The notes: a model not told the origin generated them from the letters alone. Numbered from the stretch's first letter, positions 28,150 to 38,430 are shown. The stretch is 64,000 nucleotides of DNA from Myxococcales bacterium (GCA_043747615.1 JAYTOU010000066.1:1-64000); one strand, 5' to 3'. Program-made: numbers and translations.

Positions 28150-28794
28150 GTGGGTAACTGGAAAAAGGTTTGGGGAACGTTTGCACTTGGGCTGAGTCTC
28201 GCGCTGGCGCCCAACGTCGCGTCGGCAGATGAGGCCGGCGATGCGCAAGCGTTCATCCAAAAAGAGCAGAATCAGATCACGAATCTGATGAAGCAGAACC
28301 AGAGCGACGCCAACATCAACGCCGCGCTCGACACGTTCGTCGATTACGACGAGGTCACTCGCCGCTCCTTCGGCGAGCCCTGCCCGCCCGCGATCCCCTC
28401 GTGCGTGAATCACTACGCCACGCTGACCGACGCGCAAAAGGCCGAGGTGCGAGACCTCATGCGCCAGCTCGTCCAGAAAAATTACCGAAAGACGCTCCGC
28501 AAAACGCTCGACTACGAGATCGCCTACAAGGGCGCGAAGTCAGACGACTTAGGGGACTCGAAGGTCCGCACCCAAGCGCAGTCCAAATCGGAGCGCGATC
28601 CTCCGGTGCTCGCCGATTACCTCGTTCACAAATCGAACGGACAGATGAAATTGGTCGGCATCATCACCGAGGGCTCGAGCCTCACGAAGAACTACTACGA
28701 CCAGTTCCACAAAATGTTCATCACGCCCGGCCAGGGCTACCCGCACCTCGTCCAGAAGTTGAAGGACAAGATCGCGAAGCCGGAAAAAAAGTAA
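28150..28794 (+). CDS. MlaC/Ttg2D-like periplasmic phospholipid-binding protein
   Basis: GGAGG RBS before GTG; signal peptide; FVDYDEVTRRS, LTDAQKAE, IITEGSSL..NYYDQF. Confidence 0.8.
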   Translation: MGNWKKVWGTFALGLSLALAPNVASADEAGDAQAFIQKEQNQITNLMKQNQSDANINAALDTFVDYDEVTRRSFGEPCPPAIPSCVNHYATLTDAQKAEVRDLMRQLVQKNYRKTLRKTLDYEIAYKGAKSDDLGDSKVRTQAQSKSERDPPVLADYLVHKSNGQMKLVGIITEGSSLTKNYYDQFHKMFITPGQGYPHLVQKLKDKIAKPEKK

Positions 28795-28838
28795 CGCGGT
28801 TCGCGATAGCCGACGGCGTGGTCTACACTTTGAGGTAG

Positions 28839-30170
28839 ATGGCCCTGGGGGACAAATACCGGTCGCTCTACGTGATCGGTCGCGGGGGCATGGGGTGCGT
28901 CGAGGTCGCGCTCCAGCTCAACGCCGACGGTGACGCCCCTGGAGCCTTCGAGCGAATCGTGGCCCTGAAGCGCCTGCTGCCCGAGGGGGCGCGAGACAAG
29001 CGTCACACCGAGATGTTCCTCCGCGAGGCCCGGCTCGCCGTTCTTCTGACTCATCCCAACGTCGTGCATGCCTTCGATTTCGGAGAAGCGGGCGGCGAAT
29101 TTTTTCTGGCGATGGAGTACGTCGAGGGCGAGACTCTGTCGCGCGTCCTGAAGGAAGGCAAAGTTGAGGCGCTGGTCGCAGCCCACATCCTCGCCAAGGT
29201 TTGCGATGGCCTTCACGCAGCGCACGAGCTCCGAGACGTGAGCGGAACCATGCTCAACGTCGTCCATCGTGACGTCTCCCCGCACAACGTGATGGTGGCC
29301 TACGAGGGGCAGATCAAGCTGCTCGATTTCGGGGTGGCGAAGATCGACGCCGAGGGGCTCACCCGGACGGGCGAGGTGAAGGGTAAGGTCGCGTACATGT
29401 CCCCGGAGCAAGCGATGGGAGAGGTGCTCGATCGCAGGAGCGATCTCTACAGTATCGGCGCCGTCCTCTTCGAGTGTGTCGCGGGGCGAAGAATGTGGCA
29501 GGGCACGGACATGGAGGTGCTTCGTCAGCTCGCCCTCGATCAGCCTCCGCGTCTCGACGATTCAGCTGTGGATGCACCCGAAGAACTGTGTGCACTCTAC
29601 ACTCGTCTCGTGGCTCGTGATCCCAAGGCTCGACCTCCGACGGCTCATCACATCGCCGAGGAGCTGCGTGCGTTCGTCTCGAACCGGGCGGGCACCAAAG
29701 AGATGAAGGCGCTGATGCTCGGCCTCTTCGCCGACGACGCGGCGAGACGAAAAAGCGAGCTCGCACGTGCGCTCGAAGGAGTGGCGCCGGCGGACGCAGC
29801 GGCCCTTCGTCAAAGTCTCGTGCCCGCTGAGTCTGTGGCCACTGCCACGCCGGCCCTGGCCGCACGCGCGGAGCCCGCCGGGAAACGCGGGCTCGTGACG
29901 ATTGTCGCGCTCGCCGTTGCGGCCGCATCCATCGCGCTTGGTACGTCTGTCAAGAACCCGTCGCCCGTCGCGCCGCCGAGCCCGCCCGCTGCGCTCGCGG
30001 CTCCGCCCGAGCCGCCTTCCGCGACGCCCCCCACGACGCCGACGCCGACCGTTGGCCCGGCGCCAAGCACGACGATCAAGATCGCGCGGCCCCAGCTTCT
30101 CCCGGCAGCACCAAAACCGAAGGCCGCTTCGTCCACCAAGCCAGTCGATGTCGATCCAGATCCGATTTAA
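28839..30170 (+). CDS. Hanks-type Ser/Thr protein kinase with TM and Pro-rich tail
   Basis: GRGGMG, VALKR, HRDVSPHN, DFG, GKVAYMSPEQ. Confidence 0.95.
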   Translation: MALGDKYRSLYVIGRGGMGCVEVALQLNADGDAPGAFERIVALKRLLPEGARDKRHTEMFLREARLAVLLTHPNVVHAFDFGEAGGEFFLAMEYVEGETLSRVLKEGKVEALVAAHILAKVCDGLHAAHELRDVSGTMLNVVHRDVSPHNVMVAYEGQIKLLDFGVAKIDAEGLTRTGEVKGKVAYMSPEQAMGEVLDRRSDLYSIGAVLFECVAGRRMWQGTDMEVLRQLALDQPPRLDDSAVDAPEELCALYTRLVARDPKARPPTAHHIAEELRAFVSNRAGTKEMKALMLGLFADDAARRKSELARALEGVAPADAAALRQSLVPAESVATATPALAARAEPAGKRGLVTIVALAVAAASIALGTSVKNPSPVAPPSPPAALAAPPEPPSATPPTTPTPTVGPAPSTTIKIARPQLLPAAPKPKAASSTKPVDVDPDPI

Positions 30171-31170
30171 AGAGCTTCTCGGGTTTGCCGTCGCGATCGC
30201 GATCCTGGCATTGACCACGGGGGCTCGGGCCGACGACGACGCGCTCACCAATTACCGCGAGCGCTTCAAGACGGGCTTCGCGCACTACAAGGCGGGGGAA
30301 GTGGCGGAGGCGATCCGTTATTGGGAGCCGATCTACCGCGAGCTCGGAGCGTCGAAGGGCTACCGCCTGGCGTTCAACCTGGCGCGGGCCTACGAGACGT
30401 ACGGCGATTTCACGAGGGCAGCCGAATTTTACCAATCGTTCTTGGCGGAGGCCGAGGTGCGGCGACGCGTCGGACAGGCGCTCGAGCCGCTCGTCGAAAA
30501 AGAAAGCGTCGACGCCCACGCGCGCCTTTCGGAGCTGACGGCGACGAAGGGGCGCATTCAGGTGAACGCCGGTGCGAAACCAGTGTCGGTGCGGATCGAT
30601 GCGGCGGAGAGTCGGCTCTCTGGGTTCGTCGCCTTCGTTCTTCCGGGCGCGCACACGGTGACGCTCGGCGTCGAATCGCAGGAGCCCGAGAAGCGCGAAA
30701 TCACCGTGAGCGCAGGGGCGATCGTGGAGGTGACGCCGCTGCCATCGCCCGCGCCCAAAGCTCCCCAAGCCACCCCCGTCGCCGCAGTGCCTCTGCCGCT
30801 GCCGATTCGCATGGAGAAGCGGATCGAGCATCCGTTCTCTCCCGAGGTGCTCTACATCGCGGGAGGGATCACCGTCGTGAGCGTGCTCGTTCCGGTCATC
30901 ACCCACGCGAGCGCGCTCTCGTATCAGCAGTCGCACAGCATCTCTTCGGATCGGGGAACGGAAGCGCAGAATGCGTCGGTCCGCTCCGACTACGCGTCGG
31001 CTTCCACGGCGTACTACGCGACGCTCGCCGTCCCGATCACGCTCGGTGCTGTGACCGCCGGCCTCACGGCCTGGTATTTTCTCGGCGCGAAACAACGCGA
31101 AATTCCTGTGCTCGTTCCGAGCGTCGACACACGCGGCGGCGCATCCCTCGCGGTCTCTGGGCGCTTTTAA
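30148..31170 (+). CDS. Exported TPR + PEGA-like protein with C-terminal hydrophobic segments
   Basis: Signal peptide, TPR-like FNLARAYE, PGAHTV, ends SLAVSGRF; start overlaps the kinase 3' end. Confidence 0.75.
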   Translation: MSIQIRFKELLGFAVAIAILALTTGARADDDALTNYRERFKTGFAHYKAGEVAEAIRYWEPIYRELGASKGYRLAFNLARAYETYGDFTRAAEFYQSFLAEAEVRRRVGQALEPLVEKESVDAHARLSELTATKGRIQVNAGAKPVSVRIDAAESRLSGFVAFVLPGAHTVTLGVESQEPEKREITVSAGAIVEVTPLPSPAPKAPQATPVAAVPLPLPIRMEKRIEHPFSPEVLYIAGGITVVSVLVPVITHASALSYQQSHSISSDRGTEAQNASVRSDYASASTAYYATLAVPITLGAVTAGLTAWYFLGAKQREIPVLVPSVDTRGGASLAVSGRF

Positions 31171-32481
31171 TTATTTTTCGATGCTGTATTTGCGGAGATA
31201 CGCGCGCACGTGATGTCGCTCCATCCCGCTCTGACGCGCCATCTCGCTGACGTTTCCAGCCGCGCGTTTGGAGAGGCTCGTGAAGTAGTCGCGTTCGAAC
31301 GCCGCCGTTGCCGCTCTCTTGGCCTCGCTGAACGCCGTAGAAGACTCGCCGCGCGGAGCCCCGGTCGGTTCCCGGGTGAGCGTGAGCACGTCGTCGATCG
31401 CGCCCGGGCTGTCGGCGAGAGTCGCTGCGACGGATGCGACGTTGACGAGCTCGCGCACGTTTCCCGGCCAGTCGTGCGAGCCCATATGGCTTTCGACCCA
31501 GGCCGTCACCGCGGCCGAATGCTCGGGCTTTCCCACGCGCTTGCAGATGTCCTCGATGAGCGTAGGCAGATCGCCCGCCCTCTCGCGGAGGGGCGGAAGC
31601 TCGAGACGAACCTGCGCGATGCGGAAAAAGAGGTCGGAGCGGAATCGTCCCGCGTTCATTTCCGCGCCGAGATCGCGCCGCGTCGCCGCGAGGACACGTA
31701 CATCGATGGGCTCGAAGGACGAGCCGCCTACGCGCTTGATCTGCTTCTCGGACAGAGCGCGGAGGAGTTTCGGTTGAAGGTCGATCGGTAGCTCGCCAAG
31801 CTCGTCGAGAAAGAGCGTTCCTCCGTGGGCTTCTTGCAGCGCGCCCTTGCGCCGCTCGTTGGCGCCGGTGAACGAGCCCTTCTCATGGCCAAAAAGCAGG
31901 CTCTCGGCGAGGGTGGGAGGAATCGAGCCGCAGTCGACGACGACGAACGGTTTGCCTTTTCGATCGCTCGCCTCGTGGATCTCCTTGGCGACGCCCTCCT
32001 TCCCAGTGCCCGTTTCGCCGAGGATGAGAACACTGAGAGGCGTGGACGATATCTTTTCGAGAATGCTGAAGACGCGGCGCATCTTCGGCGAGCTGCCGAC
32101 GAGCGAACCGAATTTGTCGGAAAACCCGAGCTCGACTTTATGCTTGCCGGTGGGCTCGATCGCGATGCGCGAGGCGCCCACCAGAATTTCCACGGGGCTG
32201 GTCACCACCACTTCGCGAATGCGAAGCGCGCCGATGAACGTCCCGTTGGTGCTCCCGAGGTCGCGCACCAAGATGCCTTCGTTGACGCCGCGAAGCTCGC
32301 AGTGGAGCGCGCTGACTTCAGGATCGTCCATCATGATCTGGACGCCGGCCTCGCGCCCAACGACCACCGGATCCACGTCGATGGGGACGACCGCGCCGTC
32401 ACCGACTTTGGCCGTGCCCCCACGAACGAACCAGTGAAGAACGCGCGTGCGGGTCGAGCCCTGTGCTGACATTCGTCTCAC
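31171..32481 (-). CDS. FHA-sigma54-dependent transcriptional activator
   Basis: FHA VGR..VSALH..DLGSTNGT; GETGTGKE, GSFTGA, WPGNVREL, HTH. Confidence 0.93.
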   Translation of the reverse strand: MRRMSAQGSTRTRVLHWFVRGGTAKVGDGAVVPIDVDPVVVGREAGVQIMMDDPEVSALHCELRGVNEGILVRDLGSTNGTFIGALRIREVVVTSPVEILVGASRIAIEPTGKHKVELGFSDKFGSLVGSSPKMRRVFSILEKISSTPLSVLILGETGTGKEGVAKEIHEASDRKGKPFVVVDCGSIPPTLAESLLFGHEKGSFTGANERRKGALQEAHGGTLFLDELGELPIDLQPKLLRALSEKQIKRVGGSSFEPIDVRVLAATRRDLGAEMNAGRFRSDLFFRIAQVRLELPPLRERAGDLPTLIEDICKRVGKPEHSAAVTAWVESHMGSHDWPGNVRELVNVASVAATLADSPGAIDDVLTLTREPTGAPRGESSTAFSEAKRAATAAFERDYFTSLSKRAAGNVSEMARQSGMERHHVRAYLRKYSIEK

Positions 32482-32615
32482 CGTACACCACGTGACCCCG
32501 GAACGTCAGCGGTCCCCTGGCTCTGTGGGCGTCCACCGCCGTCCGCTTCGACAACCCATTATTTCGCGATAAAATCAGGCTTCTACGGGGCACGTTTGCT
32601 GCGTATGACGGGGGA

Positions 32616-33452
32616 GTGAGGTCTGTCTTGCCCAGCGCACTTCGAAACGTCTTCGTCGCTCTCGTCGCGGCGTGTGGGTTGGTTGGCTCCGCTTGCGGAG
32701 GGCATCCGGAAGTCGTCGCGGACGAATCGGCGGCGCTCGCGGAGGACGGCACCGATGCGAGCGAAGTCGAGTCCTATGCCTCGGCGCTCTCCGCGACCTT
32801 CACGCTCCCTTCGACCGACCTCACGTCCGGCATGCTGGTGACGGCTGCCTCGAAGACACAAGGCTTCTTCGCCCCCGCAGGCTGTTTGGTCACGACCGTG
32901 GACACGCCGACCGCGACGGTCACCCACGAGTTCAAGAATTGCGCGGGGCCGTGGGGCCTGCTGCGTGTGAACGGGTCGGTGCGCGTCACGTACCTGTCCA
33001 CGATCGTCGATGGGCAGAACGCGCTGAAGTTGGAGGTGACCGGGACGGGGCTGACGCTCAACCGCGCGACCCTCGACTACCACGCGACGGCGATCGTGTT
33101 CGCCAAGGGCCTTGCCCGAAGAATGAAATACGCGAGCCAGCTCGAGGGAAAGACGGCACACGGAAGGACGGCCTCGCGCACGACAGATTGGACGGTGGCG
33201 TGGTCGGTCGGTGAGGCATGCCTCGCTGTCGACGGCTCCGCGGAGGGAAACATCACCGGGCGACCACTGAAGACCACGGTGAAGGGATACCGCCGGTGCC
33301 GCGGCGGTTGCCCCGAGAAGGGCGGAGAGATCGACGTCCTGAACGAGAAGACCGGAAACTCGATTTCGATCCATTACAACGGCGGTAGCAGCGCCACCTT
33401 CACCGGCGTGCACGCGACACCGATGGATTTCGTCGTCGCCTGCGGGATCTAA
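32616..33452 (+). CDS. Hypothetical lipoprotein, beta-rich with paired Cys
   Basis: Signal peptide ending GSAC; high GC3. Confidence 0.75.
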   Translation: MRSVLPSALRNVFVALVAACGLVGSACGGHPEVVADESAALAEDGTDASEVESYASALSATFTLPSTDLTSGMLVTAASKTQGFFAPAGCLVTTVDTPTATVTHEFKNCAGPWGLLRVNGSVRVTYLSTIVDGQNALKLEVTGTGLTLNRATLDYHATAIVFAKGLARRMKYASQLEGKTAHGRTASRTTDWTVAWSVGEACLAVDGSAEGNITGRPLKTTVKGYRRCRGGCPEKGGEIDVLNEKTGNSISIHYNGGSSATFTGVHATPMDFVVACGI

Positions 33453-33508
33453 CTTAATCGCGACGCGGCCCTTGTGAGGAGCGCGCCGGCGGATACACTC
33501 CGCCGCCC

Positions 33509-34027
33509 ATGGCATCGATCAAGAGCATCCTACCGAACTGCGGACTTTACCGAACGACGAAGCCGCTCCCCGAGCACGAGAGCGAGGTCCCGTCTGGGTC
33601 GCTCGTCTACTTCCACAATCACTCGGACTCAGGCCTCCCCGTGGTGATCCCGGCGGAGCACAACATCATGAACCGCTGGCACTTTCACGGCGCGGGAACC
33701 CCCTTTCGCGGGCTCTCATGGGCGGACAGCCTGGTTCGCCTGCCAAGCGAAGGCTTTTACATGCTCCGTAAGGACATCACGTTCGAGGGTGGCTCGTGGC
33801 CCAAGGGAACGCTCGTCCAGCTCGGGTACAACAAGGTCGGCGAGCCGATCCTCTTCATCGCCCAGCAGCGGGCGAGCATGGACGAGAACGATCTTTTCTT
33901 CTCCGACCGCGGCGTAGGCATCAAACCCGACATGCTGCCGAACCTAGAGCCCCTGAAGATCTACGAGGAGCCCGTCGAAGCCGGCGGCCACACCACCGGG
34001 CACACGGCGGGCGGGACGTCGCACTAG
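33509..34027 (+). CDS. Hypothetical protein with apparent internal duplication
   Basis: 172 aa, high GC3; LPxxGxY..PxGxLV occurs twice. Confidence 0.75.
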   Translation: MASIKSILPNCGLYRTTKPLPEHESEVPSGSLVYFHNHSDSGLPVVIPAEHNIMNRWHFHGAGTPFRGLSWADSLVRLPSEGFYMLRKDITFEGGSWPKGTLVQLGYNKVGEPILFIAQQRASMDENDLFFSDRGVGIKPDMLPNLEPLKIYEEPVEAGGHTTGHTAGGTSH

Positions 34028-34102
34028 TCCGACCATCTAAAGGACGTAGGCTGTCCCAAACTATCGAACTCGGGACGGCCCCTAGTCGAGCCGCGAGGCT
34101 TG

Positions 34103-34534
34103 CTAGTGCGCGTCGGGGGGCGGTTCGGGGTCCGGAGCGGACGGGGGCGCGGAGCGGTGCGTGCCGGACAGCGAGATGAACTCGATGCCGACAATGACGC
34201 CGTCTTGCTCTTCCTGGACCCATACGACCCGGCCCTGGCGGGTCAGCGGGGCTTTGCCGCCCTCCCCGATCGTGATTTCGAATTCGGACCCAAGCTCGAC
34301 CTTTTCTTCGAGAATGGCCCGGACGCCTCCACGGCTGACGTTGAGCGCCCAGCCTTCGAAGCTGAGGACGCCGCCGGTCTGACGCCCGCGAAGCGCAATT
34401 CGCTCCGTCACCTCGCGCCTCGCACCTCCGCGACGCATCGCGTGAACGCCGTCGACTGCCGGCGTCCCCGTGGAAGGGGTCAAACTCGTTCTTTTTTTCA
34501 CGGCCGCTGCAATCATATCACTCCCAACTCCCAA
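34103..34534 (-). CDS. Stand-alone PilZ-domain protein (start uncertain)
   Basis: RGGAR (RxxxR), NVSRGG (D/NxSxxG), GRVVW..GIEF. Confidence 0.85.
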   Translation of the reverse strand: MGVGSDMIAAAVKKRTSLTPSTGTPAVDGVHAMRRGGARREVTERIALRGRQTGGVLSFEGWALNVSRGGVRAILEEKVELGSEFEITIGEGGKAPLTRQGRVVWVQEEQDGVIVGIEFISLSGTHRSAPPSAPDPEPPPDAH

Positions 34535-34793
34535 AGGTACGCGGGGATTCCGCGCCCCCCGCCGAGCAAGCGGTGCAGAATCCGCGCCAAATTCGTCGGA
34601 CGTTCCTCCCCCTTACATTACCGCCCTAAAACCCGATTCGCCCCGGTGAGGGAGGTGGCCACGGCCAGATCCACGGCGGCCGCGGCCATGGCAAGTGGAT
34701 CAGGCCAGGCCGTTACTTTTCAGCTTGGCGTTGACGCGGCGGTCGGATTTGACGGACTCTTCCTCCCAGGGTGGGGTAGAGAGACCGCAGCGA

Positions 34794-35228
34794 ATGGCGA
34801 TGAGCCCCCAAGATCTGAAGAAGAAAATTGCGGCGGCGGGCTTTGAAGTCTACCGCACCACCGGCGAAGACGTGATCTTGGCAGATCGGGTGCGCGATAA
34901 TTTGATCATGGATTCTGGCGTGCGCCTCCGCGCCGCCGATCCGCTGCAGATTCGCCTCATCATGGGCATGCGTCGCACACAGTATCCAAGCGACGACGAG
35001 GCGACACTCTTCGACCGTGTCCGCCAACTGGCAGCCGAGCTGCTCTCGGCGGGCTTCATTGAAGTTACGACCGCGATCGCACCGGTGCTCGACCCTGCCG
35101 ACTCTGAGCGGACCCTCGACACCTTCTACGAAGTGACCTTCGCCAAAGACGAGACTGGGCTCGAGAGCGCACTTTCCACGCTGAAGCTGGCCTTGAAGGT
35201 CGCGAAGACCGCAGAGTCGCGCCACTAG
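34794..35228 (+). CDS. Hypothetical protein
   Basis: ORF MAMSPQDLKKKI.. with globular composition; no motif recognised. Confidence 0.7.
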   Translation: MAMSPQDLKKKIAAAGFEVYRTTGEDVILADRVRDNLIMDSGVRLRAADPLQIRLIMGMRRTQYPSDDEATLFDRVRQLAAELLSAGFIEVTTAIAPVLDPADSERTLDTFYEVTFAKDETGLESALSTLKLALKVAKTAESRH

Positions 35229-35281
35229 GACGAATAAGTCGGGGGCGCGAGGCGTCTGGCGTGTTATCCCGCCTGTCTCCC

Positions 35282-37120
35282 ATGCTCGACCTGTTCCGAA
35301 AACGCGGCCTTTCGTCGATCGTTTACGGCGTGATCATCGTCGCGATGATCCTCGTATTCGTCATCCAGTTCCGTCCGAACGCCAACCAGAAACAGGCGTC
35401 ATTTAAAGAGGCCTGCGTCGCGACGGTCCGCGGCTGGTGCGTCGATCCAAAAGATCATCGCGCCGCCTTCAAGATCTTGATTCCACGCGATTCGCAGGGA
35501 GCTTTGCTCACCGCGCGCGCCAAGCAGATGGGGCTCAACAAGATCGCCCTCGACGGAATCATCGAGCGCGAGCTTCTCGTGAACGAGGCGCAGCGCATCG
35601 GGCTCGCGGTCACCGAAGAAGAAATCACCGACGAGATCTACAACGGCTTCATCCACGTCAGCGTCCCGAGCGACAACCCGCAGCTCGCCTACTCGCTCCG
35701 CGTGGCCGACGGTCGCGTTTACGTCGGCTTCCGCGATCCGAAGACCAAGCAGTTCGAGGTTAAGGTCTACGAGCGCGCCATTCGCAACCTTGTCGGCCGC
35801 TCCCCCACCGAGTTTCGCGAGGAGCAGGGCCGGGAGATTTTAGCCTCGAAAATGCGGGATCTGGTGCGTGCCCCCGTCCGCGTGAGTGAAGTGGAAGCGC
35901 TCGAGAGCTACGTCGGCGAAAAGACGTCCGCCACCGTGAGCTATCTCTCGGTGAAGCAGAGCTACGTCGCCAAATACGGGGTGACCGTCACCGAAGCAGA
36001 CGTCGCAACATGGGCCGCCGTGAAAGAAAACGCCAAGGCGATCACCGACGCCGTCGCCGGTCGCAAGGACTTCCTCCCCAAGGCAAATCACGTTCGCCAC
36101 ATCCTCGTGCGGGTTACCCCCACGGCCTCCGCCGACGAGAAAGCAACCGCCCTCGCCAAGATTTCCGAAGCGAGCGCGCGGATCAAGCGCGGCGACGCCT
36201 TCGCCGACGTTGCCCGGGAAGTCTCGCAAGATCCGGGAAGCGCCGTCCACGGCGGCGACGTCGGCGACAAGACCGACGGCTTCGTCATACCCTTCAAGAA
36301 GGGCGCAGACGCGCTCAAGCCGGGCGAGGTCACCCAGGGGGCCATCGAAACGCAGTTCGGTTACCACCTCATCGAGCGCGACGACCCCGCGAAGAACGCC
36401 GAGATCGAAGCGACGATGAAGCGCGACGCGGCACGTGAGCTCTACACGAAGTCTAAATCGACCGACGCGACGAAGGCGCTCGCCGCGAAAGTTCTCGCAG
36501 ACGTCAAGGGCGGCAGGACGCTCAACGACGCCTCCCTCGCCGCGATCGCGACGCTCACCGTGAAGCCTGTCGCAGCACCCACGATCAACATCATCCGCGA
36601 TGAGCCCGCTCAAGCCATGGTCGCCAAGGGCGATGCCGGCGCCACCTCGAAGGATGCAGGGGCGAGCAGCCCCGCAGCGATCGTACCCGTGCCCGCCAAG
36701 CAGCTCACCGCCGCGAACGATCCCGATCGGCCGCAGGCGCAAAGCTCGAACGCGGTCAACCGCGGGGGGGACCCGATCCCTGCGCTCTCTCCGGAGAACA
36801 CGGGCATCGTGTCCAAGTTCGCCTTCACCGCAAAGGACGGTGAGACACTACCCGACCTTCTCCGCACGGACGACGCCTACCTCGTCGTGCAGCTGAAAGA
36901 GCACAAAGCGGCGACCAAAGAAGAGTTCGACAAGGACCGCGACACGTACGTGCAGACGCTCCTCGCGGCCAAGCAGGCCGAGGCCCTCTCTCTCTACGTG
37001 AAACGCCTCCGCGACGCCGCCAAGAGCGAGATCAAGATCGACGACTCGTACCTCGCGGATCCGAACGCGAAGGATGGCGGAGCGCCGATGCCGATGGAGG
37101 AGGAAGAGGAAGGGCCTTGA
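35282..37120 (+). CDS. ppiD: PpiD/SurA-type membrane-anchored peptidyl-prolyl isomerase
   Basis: N-terminal TM; SurA-like N domain; parvulin RHIL..FADVAREVSQDPGS..GGDVG..ETQFGYHLI. Confidence 0.85.
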   Translation: MLDLFRKRGLSSIVYGVIIVAMILVFVIQFRPNANQKQASFKEACVATVRGWCVDPKDHRAAFKILIPRDSQGALLTARAKQMGLNKIALDGIIERELLVNEAQRIGLAVTEEEITDEIYNGFIHVSVPSDNPQLAYSLRVADGRVYVGFRDPKTKQFEVKVYERAIRNLVGRSPTEFREEQGREILASKMRDLVRAPVRVSEVEALESYVGEKTSATVSYLSVKQSYVAKYGVTVTEADVATWAAVKENAKAITDAVAGRKDFLPKANHVRHILVRVTPTASADEKATALAKISEASARIKRGDAFADVAREVSQDPGSAVHGGDVGDKTDGFVIPFKKGADALKPGEVTQGAIETQFGYHLIERDDPAKNAEIEATMKRDAARELYTKSKSTDATKALAAKVLADVKGGRTLNDASLAAIATLTVKPVAAPTINIIRDEPAQAMVAKGDAGATSKDAGASSPAAIVPVPAKQLTAANDPDRPQAQSSNAVNRGGDPIPALSPENTGIVSKFAFTAKDGETLPDLLRTDDAYLVVQLKEHKAATKEEFDKDRDTYVQTLLAAKQAEALSLYVKRLRDAAKSEIKIDDSYLADPNAKDGGAPMPMEEEEEGP

Positions 37121-38430
37121 GCAGCTCTTCTTCTCGCATGACACCTCACGCGCATCGCTCCGTCGTTCTCGACAACGGCCTGCGGGTCGTCGCCGTTCCT
37201 CAGCCCCAGCTTCACCGCGCGCATGTGGCGCTCTACGTTCGCGTTGGTTCTCGTTACGAGACAAAAGCGAACAACGGCCTCTCGCACTTTCTCGAGCACA
37301 TGCTCTACAGAGGGACGGAGCGGCTGAGGAGCGCGCACGACGTGAACCTCGCCTTCGAGCGCCTCGGCGGCTACCTCTATGCAGCGACACAGACCGACTA
37401 CGGCGTGTTCTCGGTCACCCTGCCGCCCGAGTCGCTCGAAGAAGCGTGCGCCCTCTTCAGTGAAGTCCTGTGCGAGCCGGCCTTCTTCGACATCGACATC
37501 GAGAAAGGGATCGTCTGCGAGGAGATCCTGGAAGACCTCGACGACGAAGGTCGCCAGGTAGACGCGGACAACATCTCGCGCGCCCTCATCTACCCGACCC
37601 ACCCGCTCGGCTACACGATCACCGGCGACGCGCAAACGGTGAAGTCCTTCGACGTCGCGGGACTTCGGGCGCACCATCGTCGTCACTACACGGCCGGCTC
37701 CTCGGTCCTCGCTTTCTCGGGCGACGTCCAGGCGGAGAAGGCCCTGGAGCTAGCGGACCGCTATTTTTCCAAATTCCCCAAAGGCGAGCGGGTCGTCGGC
37801 GAAGTGCCGGTTTCCACCCAGAAAAAACCAAAGCTCAAGATCGTCGAGAACGTATCCAGTCAGACCGATCTGCGGATTTGCTTTCGCGCGGTCCCCGAGT
37901 GCTCGATTCAGCGCCCAGCGATGGACATGCTCATGCGCGTGATCGATGACGGCATGTCCACGCGCCTTTATCATCGGATCTGCGACAGTCAGGGCCTCTG
38001 TTACGACGTGAGCGCCGGATTCGACGGCTACGAGGACGACGGCGTGCTCGACTTTGCGGCGGGCGTGCAGCACTTTCGCTCGACGCAGGTGACGTCCGAG
38101 ATCTTGGCGCTGATGAAGGAGCTCGCGACCGTCGGCCCCACGGAAGAAGAGATGCTCAAGGGCCGCCAGCGCTACGCGTGGGATCTCACCAGCCTGCGCG
38201 ATTCGCCCGACGACATGGCGGGATTTTTCGCCGGTGGCTATCTCTTCGATCGCTTCGAGACGCCGGAGGAGCGCCTGCGAAAAACGAGCGCGGTGACGCG
38301 TGAGCAAGTCCGCGACGTCGCCCGCCTCATCTCCGAGCCGAGCCACCTCAACGTGACGGCCGTCGGTCTCCTCGAAAACGACGAAGACAAGCGCCTCATC
38401 GAGTGCGTTAAGACCTTCAGCTACTCCTAG
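37117..38430 (+). CDS. M16 family zinc peptidase (alternative start 37138)
   Basis: HFLEHM inverted zinc motif, EKGIVCEE, STRLY..GLCY. Confidence 0.93.
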   Translation: MSSSSSRMTPHAHRSVVLDNGLRVVAVPQPQLHRAHVALYVRVGSRYETKANNGLSHFLEHMLYRGTERLRSAHDVNLAFERLGGYLYAATQTDYGVFSVTLPPESLEEACALFSEVLCEPAFFDIDIEKGIVCEEILEDLDDEGRQVDADNISRALIYPTHPLGYTITGDAQTVKSFDVAGLRAHHRRHYTAGSSVLAFSGDVQAEKALELADRYFSKFPKGERVVGEVPVSTQKKPKLKIVENVSSQTDLRICFRAVPECSIQRPAMDMLMRVIDDGMSTRLYHRICDSQGLCYDVSAGFDGYEDDGVLDFAAGVQHFRSTQVTSEILALMKELATVGPTEEEMLKGRQRYAWDLTSLRDSPDDMAGFFAGGYLFDRFETPEERLRKTSAVTREQVRDVARLISEPSHLNVTAVGLLENDEDKRLIECVKTFSYS

